This document shows, in pieces, positions 40,401 to 51,299 of a stretch of 64,000 nucleotides of DNA. Under the pieces are notes generated by a model that saw nothing but the letters and a program-made list of their open reading frames with translations, was not told the DNA's origin and did not search any database. The stretch comes from Alphaproteobacteria bacterium (GTDB taxonomy: Bacteria > Pseudomonadota > Alphaproteobacteria > UBA7887). Location of the stretch: assembly GCA_965216755.1 (NCBI GenBank), contig CBDCGL010000011.1:1056001-1120000 (forward strand). Direction: 5' to 3'. The translations under genes were made by a program, and so were the position numbers. The first letter of the stretch is position 1. Each line of letters opens with the position of its first letter.

Positions 40401-40494
40401 TTGGTAAAATCCTCATCTGATTGTCTGTTCCAAGCGCGCCAACCGGGCGTTGTTCGCGCGAACAACCCCGAGAGACCCGCGATCAAAAAATCAA

Positions 40495-40803
40495 TCAGAT
40501 GTGTGGCGGCGCGCGAATGCGGACACGGAGGGAGCGGTCATATTCCGGCGCCGCTAGCGCCGTGCGCACACTGCGGACTCGCCAAGCGCGAGGCAGCGGA
40601 CAATTTGGCGCCGCCGCCAATAGGCTTGGCGGGAACACCGCCAATTGACAGGCCTCCGAGGCTTCCGAATCAAAATGATCGTCGGCGTGCGCCGCCACGT
40701 CATGCAGCCACGCATGTAACCAGCCAGCAACGAGGCAGGCCGCCGCAAACCAAACGAGTCCACGGCCTTGGTGGCGGATAGGCTGAATCACACCATGGCG
40801 CAT
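40495..40803 (-). CDS. Small hypothetical His-containing membrane protein (DUF2946-like)
   Basis: TM segment, His patch, C-x-L and C-terminal RAPP motif, upstream of the zrgA-like gene. Confidence 0.55.
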   Translation of the reverse strand: MRHGVIQPIRHQGRGLVWFAAACLVAGWLHAWLHDVAAHADDHFDSEASEACQLAVFPPSLLAAAPNCPLPRAWRVRSVRTALAAPEYDRSLRVRIRAPPHI

Positions 40804-40876
40804 AACGCCCTGATCCTAACAGACCTCTCCGCGCGATGCTCCAGAATGTTACGCGCGACGTTGTCCGATTGGCCGA

Positions 40877-41542
40877 TCAGCCACCGGCGCCGTGCGTGCC
40901 GCGAAATGGCGCGATCAAGGCCTTCAAGTCGTTGATACGGGCTGTCGGTAACACGACGACGGCAAAACTGCCGAACTCCATGGCATATCGGCCAGCATCA
41001 TCCGGGGCCTCATCACCAACGAAATAACGTATCAGCGGTCGTGGCGACGCTACATCGTCATAGAAGGAAATCGTCATTTCCGGCCGCAGCACGCCATAGT
41101 CCTGCACGGCGCCACCAGCATCGATATCCCGTATGACTGTGGCGCCGGCAAACGCGCTCAATGAAATGCCGATCGTCGCCGCGCGACCTCGACCAACGCC
41201 TTCGGTTACTGCGCTCTGACGGCCAGTCGTGTTGCCTTGAGATCCAGAAGCGACGTAAGACCAGTGCCCCCTGCTCGCCCGTACGAAACGATACGTCGTG
41301 CCATCGACGTCGATCTCCGCGGCCGCAATCTTATCGAACGACGCCGGAACCAACGGCCGCCCCGTATCTGCTTTTGGCCGTAGATGAAGGTGGGCGCTCG
41401 GCAAGATATCGATAACGCCATACAATTGCAGCCCAACACCCACGCCCAACAGCCCAACGGCCAACACACCGATCCACCGAGCGCCAATCGCCACGTCATT
41501 TACCCCGAATTTGCATCCAAGCCAAACACACCATCGGCGCAA
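40877..41542 (-). CDS. Hypothetical membrane-anchored protein (DUF4340-like; start uncertain)
   Basis: N-terminal TM segment, DYGVLRP and VGDEAPD...RY motifs. Confidence 0.5.
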   Translation of the reverse strand: MRRWCVWLGCKFGVNDVAIGARWIGVLAVGLLGVGVGLQLYGVIDILPSAHLHLRPKADTGRPLVPASFDKIAAAEIDVDGTTYRFVRASRGHWSYVASGSQGNTTGRQSAVTEGVGRGRAATIGISLSAFAGATVIRDIDAGGAVQDYGVLRPEMTISFYDDVASPRPLIRYFVGDEAPDDAGRYAMEFGSFAVVVLPTARINDLKALIAPFRGTHGAGG

Positions 41543-41806
41543 AGTGTCACATGCGTTCTGATATTTCCATGGTCGCGACCGATTCTGTTATCGCATCAAT
41601 TTGCGCCATATCACAGACACCACAAGGCAGATTGCCTGGCGAAGCCCTACCGCGCATGGCTCCACAGCCAACGTCGCACCAATGATGCTCGCACCCGCTG
41701 CGACAAACCGCGATCGATACTATCCGATGATATCATGTCCGGCTTTTATTTAGTTACCTTAGTTTTACGCTACTCATTATCCTGCATAAGTTATATGCGG
41801 CAATTG

Positions 41807-41832
41807 GAGCAGTGTCCGACAATATTGAACCA
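41807..41832 (+). repeat. Solo terminal repeat of the 7848-8045 element
   Basis: GAGCAGTGTCCGACAATATTGAACCA matches 25/26 to the reverse complement of that element's right end. Confidence 0.8.
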
Positions 41833-41880
41833 AGCGTATAACCTTCCGGGATGCGAAAAATCTCGAGTGCCACACCGCTT

Positions 41881-42043
41881 GCAGCCGCGACCGAAATCAA
41901 CGCTCAAAGCCCAAATTGCTGAACAAGACCAGTTGGGTGACGCCGCACACCAGGACTTCGACGCCTCCGGCGCCCTTAAAGTCAAATCCGCTGCATTGCG
42001 CGACGAAGTCGTGAAATTCCTGGGTAAGGTTCGGGCGGCCTGA
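41881..42043 (+). pseudogene. Remnant C-terminus of a methyl-accepting chemotaxis protein
   Basis: GDAAHQDFDASGALKVKSAALRDEVVKFLGKVRAA* resembles alphaproteobacterial MCP tails; a TEINAQ fragment lies in another frame just upstream. Confidence 0.6.
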
Positions 42044-42045
42044 TC

Positions 42046-42537
42046 TCAGGCAATGAGCTTTTCAATCGTCCGCAAGACCCGCGGGGCCCGCGGGGATGTG
42101 ATGGTCGAAAACCAGCCAGCAAAGCGGCCCTCACCATCAATCAGGTATTTGTGAAAATTCCAGCGGGGCCGGCGCATAACGCCGGCGCATTCGCCCGCCC
42201 ACCGATAAAACGGGTGGGCGTCGGCGCCGGTGACCTTCACCTTTTCGGTCAGGGGAAATGTAATTCCGTATCGGACACTGCAATAGTCTTTGATCTCTCT
42301 CCCGTTGCGCGGTTCTTGTTCCAAGAAGTCGTTCGAAGGCACGCCGATCAGCACAAAGGGATCGTCTTGCAAACGCTCCCACAGCGCCTGCAAATCTTCA
42401 AATTGGCGCGCAAACCCACATTCGGTGGCTGTATTCACCACAAGCATCGCGCGCCCCCGATAGGCGTCCAGAGGTAAGCTGTTACCATCCAATCCCTCAA
42501 AAGTGAATTCATGAGCCGTGGTTTCCGACATCGACAT
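42046..42537 (-). CDS. Glutathione peroxidase family protein (Cys-type)
   Basis: VNTATECGF, GVPSNDF..QEP and WNFHKYLID. Confidence 0.93.
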   Translation of the reverse strand: MSMSETTAHEFTFEGLDGNSLPLDAYRGRAMLVVNTATECGFARQFEDLQALWERLQDDPFVLIGVPSNDFLEQEPRNGREIKDYCSVRYGITFPLTEKVKVTGADAHPFYRWAGECAGVMRRPRWNFHKYLIDGEGRFAGWFSTITSPRAPRVLRTIEKLIA

Positions 42538-42758
42538 TCAAGCAACGATCCTCTACCAATCCGAACACAGCTGGCCAGGCCCCGAAAAACAGCGTTTCGA
42601 TGTGCGGTTCGCGCGGCGCGGCCACCGTATTATACAGTACGGCGCGCGCAAGCGGATGGACGCAGGGGCATGGGTTGCCGTTGCCGGTACGGTGGCCTGG
42701 CGCCGACACAGTCGACGGTGTGCGTTGCCGGCGCTGACTTCTTGATCAGGAGCTTGTC

Positions 42759-43520
42759 ATGGATCTGGGGCTTACGGGAAAACGCGCGATTGTAACTGGA
42801 GGCACAAGGGGGATCGGACGGGCCATTGCGCAGCACCTGGCAGCGGACGGGTGCAACGTGGCCGTCTGCGCGCGAACGGAAGCAGCAATCCCGGGCGTCG
42901 TAGCCCATCTCCAATCCATGGGTGTTACGGCGACCGGCGGCGCGGTCGACGTGCGTGACGGCGCCGCGCTACGCACCTGGATCGGGTCGGCTGCGGAGAC
43001 ACTGGGTGGACTCGACATTCTCGTTGCGAATGTCAGCGGATTTGGCACTACGCTAGACGAAGATGGCTGGCGCAGCGGGTTTGACTCCGACATCTTGGGC
43101 ACGTTCCATGCAGTGGAAGCGGCCCTGCCTATTATCGAGAACTCGGGCGCGGGTGCGCTCGTCGCGATCGCCAGTACCGCGGCTTTGGAATTCTTCGGTG
43201 GTGTCCGTCCCTACAACGCGATCAAGGCCGCGGTTATTAACTATATGTCCAATCTTGCCGTCGAATTGGCACCCAAAGGCATACGTGCGAATACGGTTTC
43301 GCCCGGAACCATCTATTTTGAAGGCGGCGTTTGGCATCAACGCGAACAGAATTCGCCGGAGATCTTTCAACGCGCGCTTGCCCACAATCCCAGCGGCCGG
43401 ATGGGGCGTCCCGACGAAGTTGCCAAAGCAGCGGTATTCTTGGCTAGTCCAGCCGCAAGTTTTGTCACCGGGGCCAATTTGGTTGTGGACGGCGCGCTGA
43501 CGCGGCGTGTGCAATATTGA
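42759..43520 (+). CDS. Short-chain dehydrogenase/reductase
   Basis: TGGTRGIG, YNAIK and NTVSPG. Confidence 0.93.
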   Translation: MDLGLTGKRAIVTGGTRGIGRAIAQHLAADGCNVAVCARTEAAIPGVVAHLQSMGVTATGGAVDVRDGAALRTWIGSAAETLGGLDILVANVSGFGTTLDEDGWRSGFDSDILGTFHAVEAALPIIENSGAGALVAIASTAALEFFGGVRPYNAIKAAVINYMSNLAVELAPKGIRANTVSPGTIYFEGGVWHQREQNSPEIFQRALAHNPSGRMGRPDEVAKAAVFLASPAASFVTGANLVVDGALTRRVQY

Positions 43521-43922
43521 GCTTTGGTCTGAGTCGCGCAATCGAACATGTCGAGCACCCTGCGGTTCGTCGGGGAGTCACACTCGCAACCCTCATATGG
43601 TGTGGGCCGGTCAACACTGCTGACAGTGATCCGGCCAATGCATATCGTGCATGTGCGCGTTGATGTCTGCCGCTCGCCATGAAGCAATTGCGCCTTGTGC
43701 GTGCCGAGGACGCGGCGCGCGTGGTCACCGAAACTTGCCGACAGAACTGTCGTGCCACGGCCGATGAAGCCGACGTCTCAACGGACACCTAGAGTTCGCT
43801 GCTCGCCGAAACACTGGACAAAATACCCAAACCGCCTTATTGGGGCTTGCCCAGCAAACAAGAGACGATTGACTGAACGACCGTCGGCAACGGCGCGCGT
43901 GTTATGGAGTGTGGGACCCATC

Positions 43923-46100
43923 ATGGATTATGTGAAATCCGGCCAAATCTCGGTAGCAAAAGAGCTTTTTGACTTCATCAATGACGAAGCCTTGCCGGGT
44001 ACGGGCGTTTCTGCGGAGCAGTTCTGGTCTGGTCTTACCGGCGTGATCGAGGACCTGGCACCCACCAATCGAGCACTGCTGGCAACCAGAGAGGAGTTCC
44101 AAGCCAAGATCGACGCTTGGCACAAGGAACGCCGGGGCCAAGCCCACGACTTGGAGGCTTATAAACAGTTCTTGCGCGAAATCGGCTATCTGCACGACGA
44201 AGGCGGCGCGTTTTCCGTCACAACAACCAACGTCGACCCAGAAATCGCTACCGTCGCAGGACCACAGCTCGTGGTGCCAGTGATGAACGCGCGTTACGCG
44301 CTCAATGCTGCGAATGCCCGTTGGGGAAGTTTATACGACGCCCTCTACGGAACCGACGCCATCGCGGAAGATAACGGCGCGGAACGCGGTGGCGCGTACA
44401 ATCCGGTTCGCGGCGAGCGGGTCATCGAATTCGCTCGAAATTTCCTGGATGACGCGGCGCCGCTTGCCGGGGCCAGTCATAGTGATGTCGCGCAATACAC
44501 CGTCGCTGACGGCGGGTTACAGGTAACATTAGTTAATGGCCAATCAACCGGACTAGAGCAACCAGAGAAGCTTGCAGGCTATCACGGCAACGCCGATGCG
44601 CCGTCCGCGGTGCTGCTGCGCAATAACGATTTGCACATAGAGATCGCGATCGACCGCAACCACCCTATCGGCGGGTCGGATAGAGCTGGCGTTAGCGACG
44701 TAATCTTAGAGGCCGCCGTCACGACAATCATGGACTGCGAGGATTCGGTCGCCGCGGTCGACGCCGCCGATAAAGTGACCGTCTATCGCAACTGGCTCGG
44801 GCTGATGAGAGGCGACCTGGCGGCGACCTTCGCCAAGGGCGGCCAAACCATTGAGAGACGTCTAAACCCAGATCGAACCTACACCAACCCGGACGGCGCG
44901 GGGACAGTAACGTTTCACGGCCGCAGCTTGATGTTGGTCCGCAATGTCGGCCATCTGATGATGATCGATGCGGTACGGGACAAAAACGGCGCGCCGGTGC
45001 CGGAAGGCATACTGGACGGAATGGTCACGGCCATGATCGCCATGCACGATCTTGCTGGCGGCGGTCCGCTGCGCAACAGCCGCGCCGGTTCGGTCTACAT
45101 CGTTAAGCCCAAAATGCATGGCCCAGAGGAGGTCGCATTTACCAGCGAACTTTTTGGCCGCGTAGAAGATGCGTTGGGGCTGCCGAAGTTCACCATGAAA
45201 GTCGGCATCATGGACGAGGAACGGCGTACCACCGTAAACCTCAAGGAATGCATTCGTGCCGCGAAAGACAGGGTTGCCTTCATCAACACCGGATTCTTGG
45301 ACCGTACTGGCGACGAGATTCACACCTCGATGGAAGCGGGTCCGATGATCCGCAAGGGCGATATGAAATCGGCCCACTGGATCCAGGCGTACGAGGACTG
45401 GAATGTCGATGTCGGCCTGGAATGCGGGCTCAAAGGCCACGCGCAAATTGGCAAAGGCATGTGGGCGATGCCGGATCTGATGGCCGACATGCTAAAAATC
45501 AAGATCGGACACCCACGGGCCGGCGCGAACACGGCTTGGGTGCCCTCGCCCACGGCCGCCACCCTGCATGCAACGCACTATCACCAAATCGATGTCGCCA
45601 CGCGCCAAGCCGAAATCAAATCACGCCCACGCGCCAGCCTTGACCACATCCTGACAATACCGCTGGCGGAACGCCCGAACTGGCCACCGGAAGCCATCCG
45701 AGAAGAGCTCGATAACAATGCCCAAGGAATCCTTGGCTACGTGGTTCGATGGGTCGAACTGGGTGTCGGTTGTTCGAAGGTGCCCGACATCAATGACATC
45801 GGGCTGATGGAAGACCGCGCGACACTGCGTATTTCAAGCCAGCACATTGCCAATTGGCTGCATCACGACATTTGTACCAAGGCGCAGGTCCAGGAAACAT
45901 TGGAACGCATGGCGGCGGTTGTGGATGACCAGAATGCGGGCGACCCCGCATATCGCGCCATGGCGCCAAACTTCGACGACAGCGTCGCGTTTCAGGCCGC
46001 CCGCGATCTTGTCTTTGGGGGGCGTGCCCAGCCGAGCGGCTATACGGAACCGATCCTTCATGCCCGGCGCGCAGAGGCCAAAGCGAAATTCGGCTTATAG
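43923..46100 (+). CDS. glcB: Malate synthase G
   Basis: [43 protein letters not shown] and GCSKVPD; ATG at 43923. Confidence 0.97.
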   Translation: MDYVKSGQISVAKELFDFINDEALPGTGVSAEQFWSGLTGVIEDLAPTNRALLATREEFQAKIDAWHKERRGQAHDLEAYKQFLREIGYLHDEGGAFSVTTTNVDPEIATVAGPQLVVPVMNARYALNAANARWGSLYDALYGTDAIAEDNGAERGGAYNPVRGERVIEFARNFLDDAAPLAGASHSDVAQYTVADGGLQVTLVNGQSTGLEQPEKLAGYHGNADAPSAVLLRNNDLHIEIAIDRNHPIGGSDRAGVSDVILEAAVTTIMDCEDSVAAVDAADKVTVYRNWLGLMRGDLAATFAKGGQTIERRLNPDRTYTNPDGAGTVTFHGRSLMLVRNVGHLMMIDAVRDKNGAPVPEGILDGMVTAMIAMHDLAGGGPLRNSRAGSVYIVKPKMHGPEEVAFTSELFGRVEDALGLPKFTMKVGIMDEERRTTVNLKECIRAAKDRVAFINTGFLDRTGDEIHTSMEAGPMIRKGDMKSAHWIQAYEDWNVDVGLECGLKGHAQIGKGMWAMPDLMADMLKIKIGHPRAGANTAWVPSPTAATLHATHYHQIDVATRQAEIKSRPRASLDHILTIPLAERPNWPPEAIREELDNNAQGILGYVVRWVELGVGCSKVPDINDIGLMEDRATLRISSQHIANWLHHDICTKAQVQETLERMAAVVDDQNAGDPAYRAMAPNFDDSVAFQAARDLVFGGRAQPSGYTEPILHARRAEAKAKFGL

Positions 46101-46341
46101 CCACACGGGTTTTCCAAGTTCGACATGGGTCGTCGGCCATAGACCCGAATTTCGCCACAACCACACAAGCCCTTCAAACGGGTCTAAACGCACTTGAATT
46201 CATAGTTCCCTCACCAAGACATGTGACGAGTGCGTATCGTCGATTTGTCACAACGGAACATCACTAGTCACCGGGCCTCGGCCGAAGCACACACTATGCT
46301 TTCCCATACATGGAAACCGCAAACGATGGGAAAGCAAGAAA

Positions 46342-46731
46342 ATGAAATTAGGTACCTTTATCGCGGTTATGCTCTTCGCTTGTTCCGCCATGCTGGGTTA
46401 TCAAACCGCTTCGGCAGACGAGACAAAACTCGGAATCGCTTTGGATGCGGATGATCTGAGCACGGTCCGCGGCCTAGGGAAAACGCCGACGGCAACTGCG
46501 CTCCATGGTTTGCCGGGCAACAATCCGGCAAATGGCGGCAATTCGGCGAATCCCAATGGCGTCGGCGCGGACGGAAACGCAAACGTCAATGGCGGCATTC
46601 ACAATATTGGCGGCGGCGCCCCTGGTATTGTCGGGTTGCATCCGGTCAGAGATGGTCACGACCCCGCCGGTACCATGCATGGTGGGTTAAACGCCACGAC
46701 GGGGCGAAGTACGCCGGCCGTTCTGCAATAG
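46342..46731 (+). CDS. Small secreted Gly/Asn/His-rich protein
   Basis: Signal peptide ending in ASA, LDADDLSTVRG motif and low-complexity G/N-rich body. Confidence 0.65.
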   Translation: MKLGTFIAVMLFACSAMLGYQTASADETKLGIALDADDLSTVRGLGKTPTATALHGLPGNNPANGGNSANPNGVGADGNANVNGGIHNIGGGAPGIVGLHPVRDGHDPAGTMHGGLNATTGRSTPAVLQ

Positions 46732-46746
46732 CCGCTTGCGGCCAAC

Positions 46747-47661
46747 TTACTCCGGCGCCTGCTTGACATTGGTTCGCGCCCACGCCGCAATATCGGCATG
46801 GGTCGCGAACCAGACATCGCCTCGGGCGCGGGCATGACGAATCAGCTCTTCCACAATCCAGATGCGTGACCGATAACCGATGATGTGGGGATGAAACGTT
46901 AATTGGCAGATGCCGCCGTCATCGAACGCCATATCGAATTCACGACGAAATATATCGAAGACCGCCATCGGCGGCGTATGTGGTCGCAATCCTTGAAACC
47001 GATGCATCATGAGGTAGACAGCGTCGTCACGAACCCATTCCACGGGAAGCTCGACAACACCGGTGGGCGCACCATCCAGGAGTAATTCGTAGCAATCCTC
47101 GTCGGCCATCAGCGACGAGTCATATTCAAGCCCCATTTCTTGCGCGATCTTCAACGTGTGCGGACTGAAGTCCCATGACGGCGTCCGCATACCCACCGGA
47201 CGTATCCCCGTAATTTCGGTCAGCGTTTCGGACGACCGCATCATGAGCTCGCGCTCCGCCTCGTAAGACAGCACCGAGTTCAGCTCGTGGATCCAGCCAT
47301 GCATACCGATCTCATGTCCGTCGTCGACAATGCGGCGCTGCTCGTCTGGATACAGCAACGCGGTCACGGCCGGAACGTAGAATGTTGCCTGTACGTCATG
47401 TTTCTTGAGCAATTTCTGGATTCGCGGCACGCCAACTCGGTGCCCATATTGTCCCCATGACAAGCGACCGATGGAGCCACCGCCGTCCCGCAGCTCGTTG
47501 GTCTCGTGATCGGAGTCAAAGGACAACGCCACCGCGCAACGTGCGCCGTCCTTCCATGATGCCGGCCGAAGCCGGCGACCGGCGCGCACGTGATCCACAA
47601 TTTTTCGCCATTGCGCCTCGGGCCACTGCCAGGGCTCAAGCGTTGTCTTGTCTTTGGGCAT
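46747..47661 (-). CDS. Polysaccharide deacetylase / PuuE-like CE4 hydrolase
   Basis: SFDSD, HEIGMHGWIHE, GMRTPSW and TFHPH. Confidence 0.9.
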   Translation of the reverse strand: MPKDKTTLEPWQWPEAQWRKIVDHVRAGRRLRPASWKDGARCAVALSFDSDHETNELRDGGGSIGRLSWGQYGHRVGVPRIQKLLKKHDVQATFYVPAVTALLYPDEQRRIVDDGHEIGMHGWIHELNSVLSYEAERELMMRSSETLTEITGIRPVGMRTPSWDFSPHTLKIAQEMGLEYDSSLMADEDCYELLLDGAPTGVVELPVEWVRDDAVYLMMHRFQGLRPHTPPMAVFDIFRREFDMAFDDGGICQLTFHPHIIGYRSRIWIVEELIRHARARGDVWFATHADIAAWARTNVKQAPE

Positions 47662-47680
47662 CCCAATTCCTCGCGCACGT

Positions 47681-48976
47681 TTATGGCAACGGCCGATGGG
47701 CGGACTCTCGCAATCTCAAAATAACCAAGCTGCTGACTATTGCCGCAGCAATAACATAGAACACGGGCGAAATTGGTGATCCAGTGGAGCTGATTAGCCA
47801 AGTTGCAATGAACGGCGCGAAGCCCCCGAATATGGCCACCGCGAAGCTGTAACCAATCGACATCCATGTCGTACGGCCGTGGGTCGGAAATAACTCAGCT
47901 ATGGCAGCAGGACCAGGGCCGGAAAAAGTCGCGATCAACAGCGCAAACAAGACTTGGACGGCGATCACGGTGGCAAACGAAACGCCGCCCAGAAGTAGGC
48001 TGAATAATGGGTAGGGCAACAGGATAAAACCGATGCAGCAGGCCAGCAACAAAGGCTTGCGTCCCACCCGGTCTGACCAATAGCCGAACAAGGGTACGGC
48101 TGCGACCAATACGAAAAGCCCGATGGTGTTCGACCACAACGCTTGTTCGCGGGACAAATCAAGTTGGCGTTGTGCAAATGTCGGCATGTATGACAAGAAT
48201 ATGTAGTAAGAGACCGTCCACAAAATCGTAAATCCGAATGCACGCGCGGCCAACTTGGGCCCCGACAGGTCTTGGAGGGCGCCTGCCTGCGGTAGCTCGG
48301 TGGCGCGCTCGCGGTAAACTGGCGTCTCGTCAATGTGGCGACGGATATATATGCCAACCGGCCCGATGATGCCGCCCAGCAAGAATGGAATCCGCCAGCC
48401 CCAAGATTCCATGGCTTCGACGGACAACATTGTGCTGATCAAGGCCGCGACCCCCGACCCGAGCAACAGGCCGGCGGCAACGCTGCACTGCTGAAAGCTG
48501 CCCACAAAACCACGCCGCCCCTCGCCCGCCCATTCAACGATAAACGCCGTCGACCCGCCCCATTCGCCGCCGGCGGAGAACCCTTGAACGAGGCGAGCGA
48601 AGACGATCAAGGCGGGTGCAAAAACCCCGATGGTTTCAAAGTTCGGCACCAACCCGACGAGCACCGTGCCGAAGGCCATCAGATAGATCGTCGTCATCAA
48701 AGCGACCTTGCGGCCGCGCAGATCGCCCAAACGGCCGATGATGATGCCGCCCAGCGGCCGCGCCACGAAACCAACACCGAACGCGGCGAATGCGGCCAAG
48801 AGCGACGTTGCCTCGTTGTCTGACGGGAAGATCTGAGTCGCGATGACTCCAGCCATAAAGCCGTATACAGCAAAGTCGTACCATTCCAAGACGTTGCCGA
48901 TCACAGCCGCAACCACAGCGCGGCGCGCCCCTTTGGATACGTCGCCCACATCATGCATGCGCGGCTGGTCAATCAT
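47681..48976 (-). CDS. MFS transporter, metabolite:H+ symporter (ProP-like)
   Basis: GNVLEWYDFAVY, RPLGG, GDLRGRK and QGFSAGGEWGG. Confidence 0.93.
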   Translation of the reverse strand: MIDQPRMHDVGDVSKGARRAVVAAVIGNVLEWYDFAVYGFMAGVIATQIFPSDNEATSLLAAFAAFGVGFVARPLGGIIIGRLGDLRGRKVALMTTIYLMAFGTVLVGLVPNFETIGVFAPALIVFARLVQGFSAGGEWGGSTAFIVEWAGEGRRGFVGSFQQCSVAAGLLLGSGVAALISTMLSVEAMESWGWRIPFLLGGIIGPVGIYIRRHIDETPVYRERATELPQAGALQDLSGPKLAARAFGFTILWTVSYYIFLSYMPTFAQRQLDLSREQALWSNTIGLFVLVAAVPLFGYWSDRVGRKPLLLACCIGFILLPYPLFSLLLGGVSFATVIAVQVLFALLIATFSGPGPAAIAELFPTHGRTTWMSIGYSFAVAIFGGFAPFIATWLISSTGSPISPVFYVIAAAIVSSLVILRLRESAHRPLP

Positions 48977-49134
48977 TGTGGAAATCGTATCGCTGGCGCC
49001 CGACCGGGGCGGCGTTTGAACACATTTGGGTCGCTGTGACTATAGCACGGCTTTCGCACTTGACATTGCTAGCCTTTCCGCGTTTGTCGTCAAACAAGGT
49101 CAGCAAAAAATCGTGCTTTTTGATCGATTGAACC

Positions 49135-50286
49135 ATGACAAATTCCGACTCAGACGCCTTGGAAACCAAGCTTGTTCATGCTGGGGAAACCCGCGTTGAC
49201 GGCGCCGTGCGCCTGCCGATATTCCAAAGCGCCATGTTCGAGTATGCCGGCAACGACCCCAGGGGCGCGCGCTATATTCGTTACTTCAACACCCCCAATC
49301 AAACGGCCCTGAGTGACAAACTGGCCACTCTGGAAGGTGCCGAGGCGGGTCTCGTGACGGCCAGCGGCATGGGCGCCATTTCGTCCGTATTGTTGACCTT
49401 GCTCCAATCTGATGACCATTTTCTCGCCCTGGAGTCACTTTATGGCGGTACGCACGAGTTAATTCACAAAGTGTTGCCGCGTTTCGGCGTGACGCACTCA
49501 GTGATCGATGGCAATCGCCCGGAAAGTTGGGCCCAACATGTGCGTCCCAACACCAAGGCCGTCTACGTTGAAACGATCACAAACCCACTTTTGCGCGTTC
49601 CGGATCACACGGAAATCGTGCGTTTCTGCAAACATCACGGGCTTACTTCCATCATCGACAATACGTTCGCGTCGCCGGTACTTTTTCGCCCGCCCCAACA
49701 CGGTTATGACATCTCATTGCACAGTGCCACCAAGTACCTCAATGGCCATTCGGATGTCGTCGCCGGTGCGATTTTGTCGACGGCATCACTTATCGCCACG
49801 GTTCGGTCCACGCTCCACAGCCTCGGCAGTGCGCTGGATCCGCATGCCGCCTTCTTGGTTAACCGCGGCGTCAACACGCTGGCTGTGCGCATCCAATATC
49901 AATGCGATAGCGCCTTGAAAGTGGCGCAATTTCTGGAAAGCCACGAACAGGTTCGAGCGGTGAGCTACCCCGGTCTTGAGAGTCACCCGGACTACGACCG
50001 GGCCCGCGATCTGCTTGATGGATTTGGTGGGATGGTGAGTTTCGAGCTCAAAGACGGCCTTGATGCGGCCGAACGGTTTTTGTCGCGCGTGCGAATTCCA
50101 ATCATCGCACCCAGCCTGGGCGGCCCAGAGACGGTCATGACGCGGCCCGCCATCACCTCCCATGTCGGCCTTTCGGCCGATGCCAGACAGCAGCTCGGCA
50201 TCGGTGATGGCCTTATTCGCTGCTCGATCGGGCTTGAATCTCCCGACGATTTGATTAGTGACTTTCAGAATGCACTTAGTACATAG
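49135..50286 (+). CDS. PLP-dependent Cys/Met metabolism enzyme (cystathionine gamma-lyase/synthase family)
   Basis: ASGMGAI, YGGT, ETITNP, DNTF and HSATKYLNGHSD. Confidence 0.92.
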   Translation: MTNSDSDALETKLVHAGETRVDGAVRLPIFQSAMFEYAGNDPRGARYIRYFNTPNQTALSDKLATLEGAEAGLVTASGMGAISSVLLTLLQSDDHFLALESLYGGTHELIHKVLPRFGVTHSVIDGNRPESWAQHVRPNTKAVYVETITNPLLRVPDHTEIVRFCKHHGLTSIIDNTFASPVLFRPPQHGYDISLHSATKYLNGHSDVVAGAILSTASLIATVRSTLHSLGSALDPHAAFLVNRGVNTLAVRIQYQCDSALKVAQFLESHEQVRAVSYPGLESHPDYDRARDLLDGFGGMVSFELKDGLDAAERFLSRVRIPIIAPSLGGPETVMTRPAITSHVGLSADARQQLGIGDGLIRCSIGLESPDDLISDFQNALST

Positions 50287-50400
50287 CCGAGGTTCCCCTA
50301 TGGCCACGATTTGGCCTGGTCTTTGCGTCGGCCGCAATTTGCACGCGACGTCCGCGCACTGTGATAGTATTTGGCACGCAATGGTGAGGACTGCTACAGC

Positions 50401-51210
50401 ATGTTGAGGCGCGTTTGTCCGGTTACGCGCACGCGGGTTCCCATACCGTGCCGTATGTGTCCGGTTCGAAATTGGACGGTGTGCGAAGCGCTGCCGCGCG
50501 ACCAATTGGCGACCGTTGAAACGTTCAAGGCTGGCGATCGCATTCTTGACGCAGGCGCCGATGTTTATCGCGAAGGCGAGCCGTGGCGCGAACTCTACAC
50601 CGTCATGTCCGGCTGGATGTATTTGTATAAGCTGTTGCCGGACGGGCGACGCCAAATCACAATGGTCGCCCTTCCCGGCGATTTCATCGGATTTTCCGCC
50701 GACCTTGATGGCCATATGGACCACTCCGCGCACACCTTGACCCCCGTGCGCTTATGCGCGTTCCCGCGCGCGAATTTCCTGAACTTGGTCCGCGATCACC
50801 CCGAGTTGGCCATTCGCCTGACCTGGATCATCGCGCACAATGCGGAACTTGGTCGCGACCATCTGACTAGCGTCGGCCGCCGATCGGCGCGCGAGCGCGT
50901 CGCGCATTTTCTTCTCGAACTCTTTTATCGGGTTCGGCTGCGGGAATCGGAGGCGATCGGGAGCACGATCGAACTTCCCTTGACCCAAGAGCATATCGCG
51001 GACGCCTTAGGCTTGACCGCCGTGCACGTCAATCGCATGCTGCGCGGATTGCGCGAAGACGGGTTGATCGAGGTTGAGCGCCACAAGCTACATGTTGTGG
51101 ATCCGGACCGTCTCGCCGATATTGCCGGGTTCGATGACGACATGTTTGATCGGCTTATGGACCCGGGTCCCCACCAAGAGTGTCCCCAACAGCCCCGCCG
51201 CGCCAGCTAA
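50401..51210 (+). CDS. Crp/Fnr family regulator with FnrN/FnrL-type Cys motif
   Basis: N-terminal CRMCPVRNWTVC (C-x2-C-x7-C) plus RLCAF; HTH LTQEHIADALGLTAVHVNR. Confidence 0.85.
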   Translation: MLRRVCPVTRTRVPIPCRMCPVRNWTVCEALPRDQLATVETFKAGDRILDAGADVYREGEPWRELYTVMSGWMYLYKLLPDGRRQITMVALPGDFIGFSADLDGHMDHSAHTLTPVRLCAFPRANFLNLVRDHPELAIRLTWIIAHNAELGRDHLTSVGRRSARERVAHFLLELFYRVRLRESEAIGSTIELPLTQEHIADALGLTAVHVNRMLRGLREDGLIEVERHKLHVVDPDRLADIAGFDDDMFDRLMDPGPHQECPQQPRRAS

Positions 51211-51299
51211 CAACGTTGGTCGCCTGACATATAGCGGTTCAAGAATATGGTTCGGCTCTTTGCAGGACCGGCCATTTTGTCCGGCCAGGTGAACGGAGC

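Noticed and set aside
39588-40781. 397-aa + strand ORF
   Set aside because: Arg-rich shadow of three minus-strand genes.
40843-40863. Possible Zur box upstream of the zrg-like genes
   Set aside because: Only one half-site (AATGTTA) matches; the spacing and second half are poor.
41384-42043. 219-aa ORF taken as a real gene
   Set aside because: Chimeric read-through of intergenic DNA, a MITE end and an MCP remnant.
43521-43922. Possible glycine riboswitch in the long glcB leader
   Set aside because: The conserved GGAGA/CCGAAG/CTCTCAGG elements are not recognisable.
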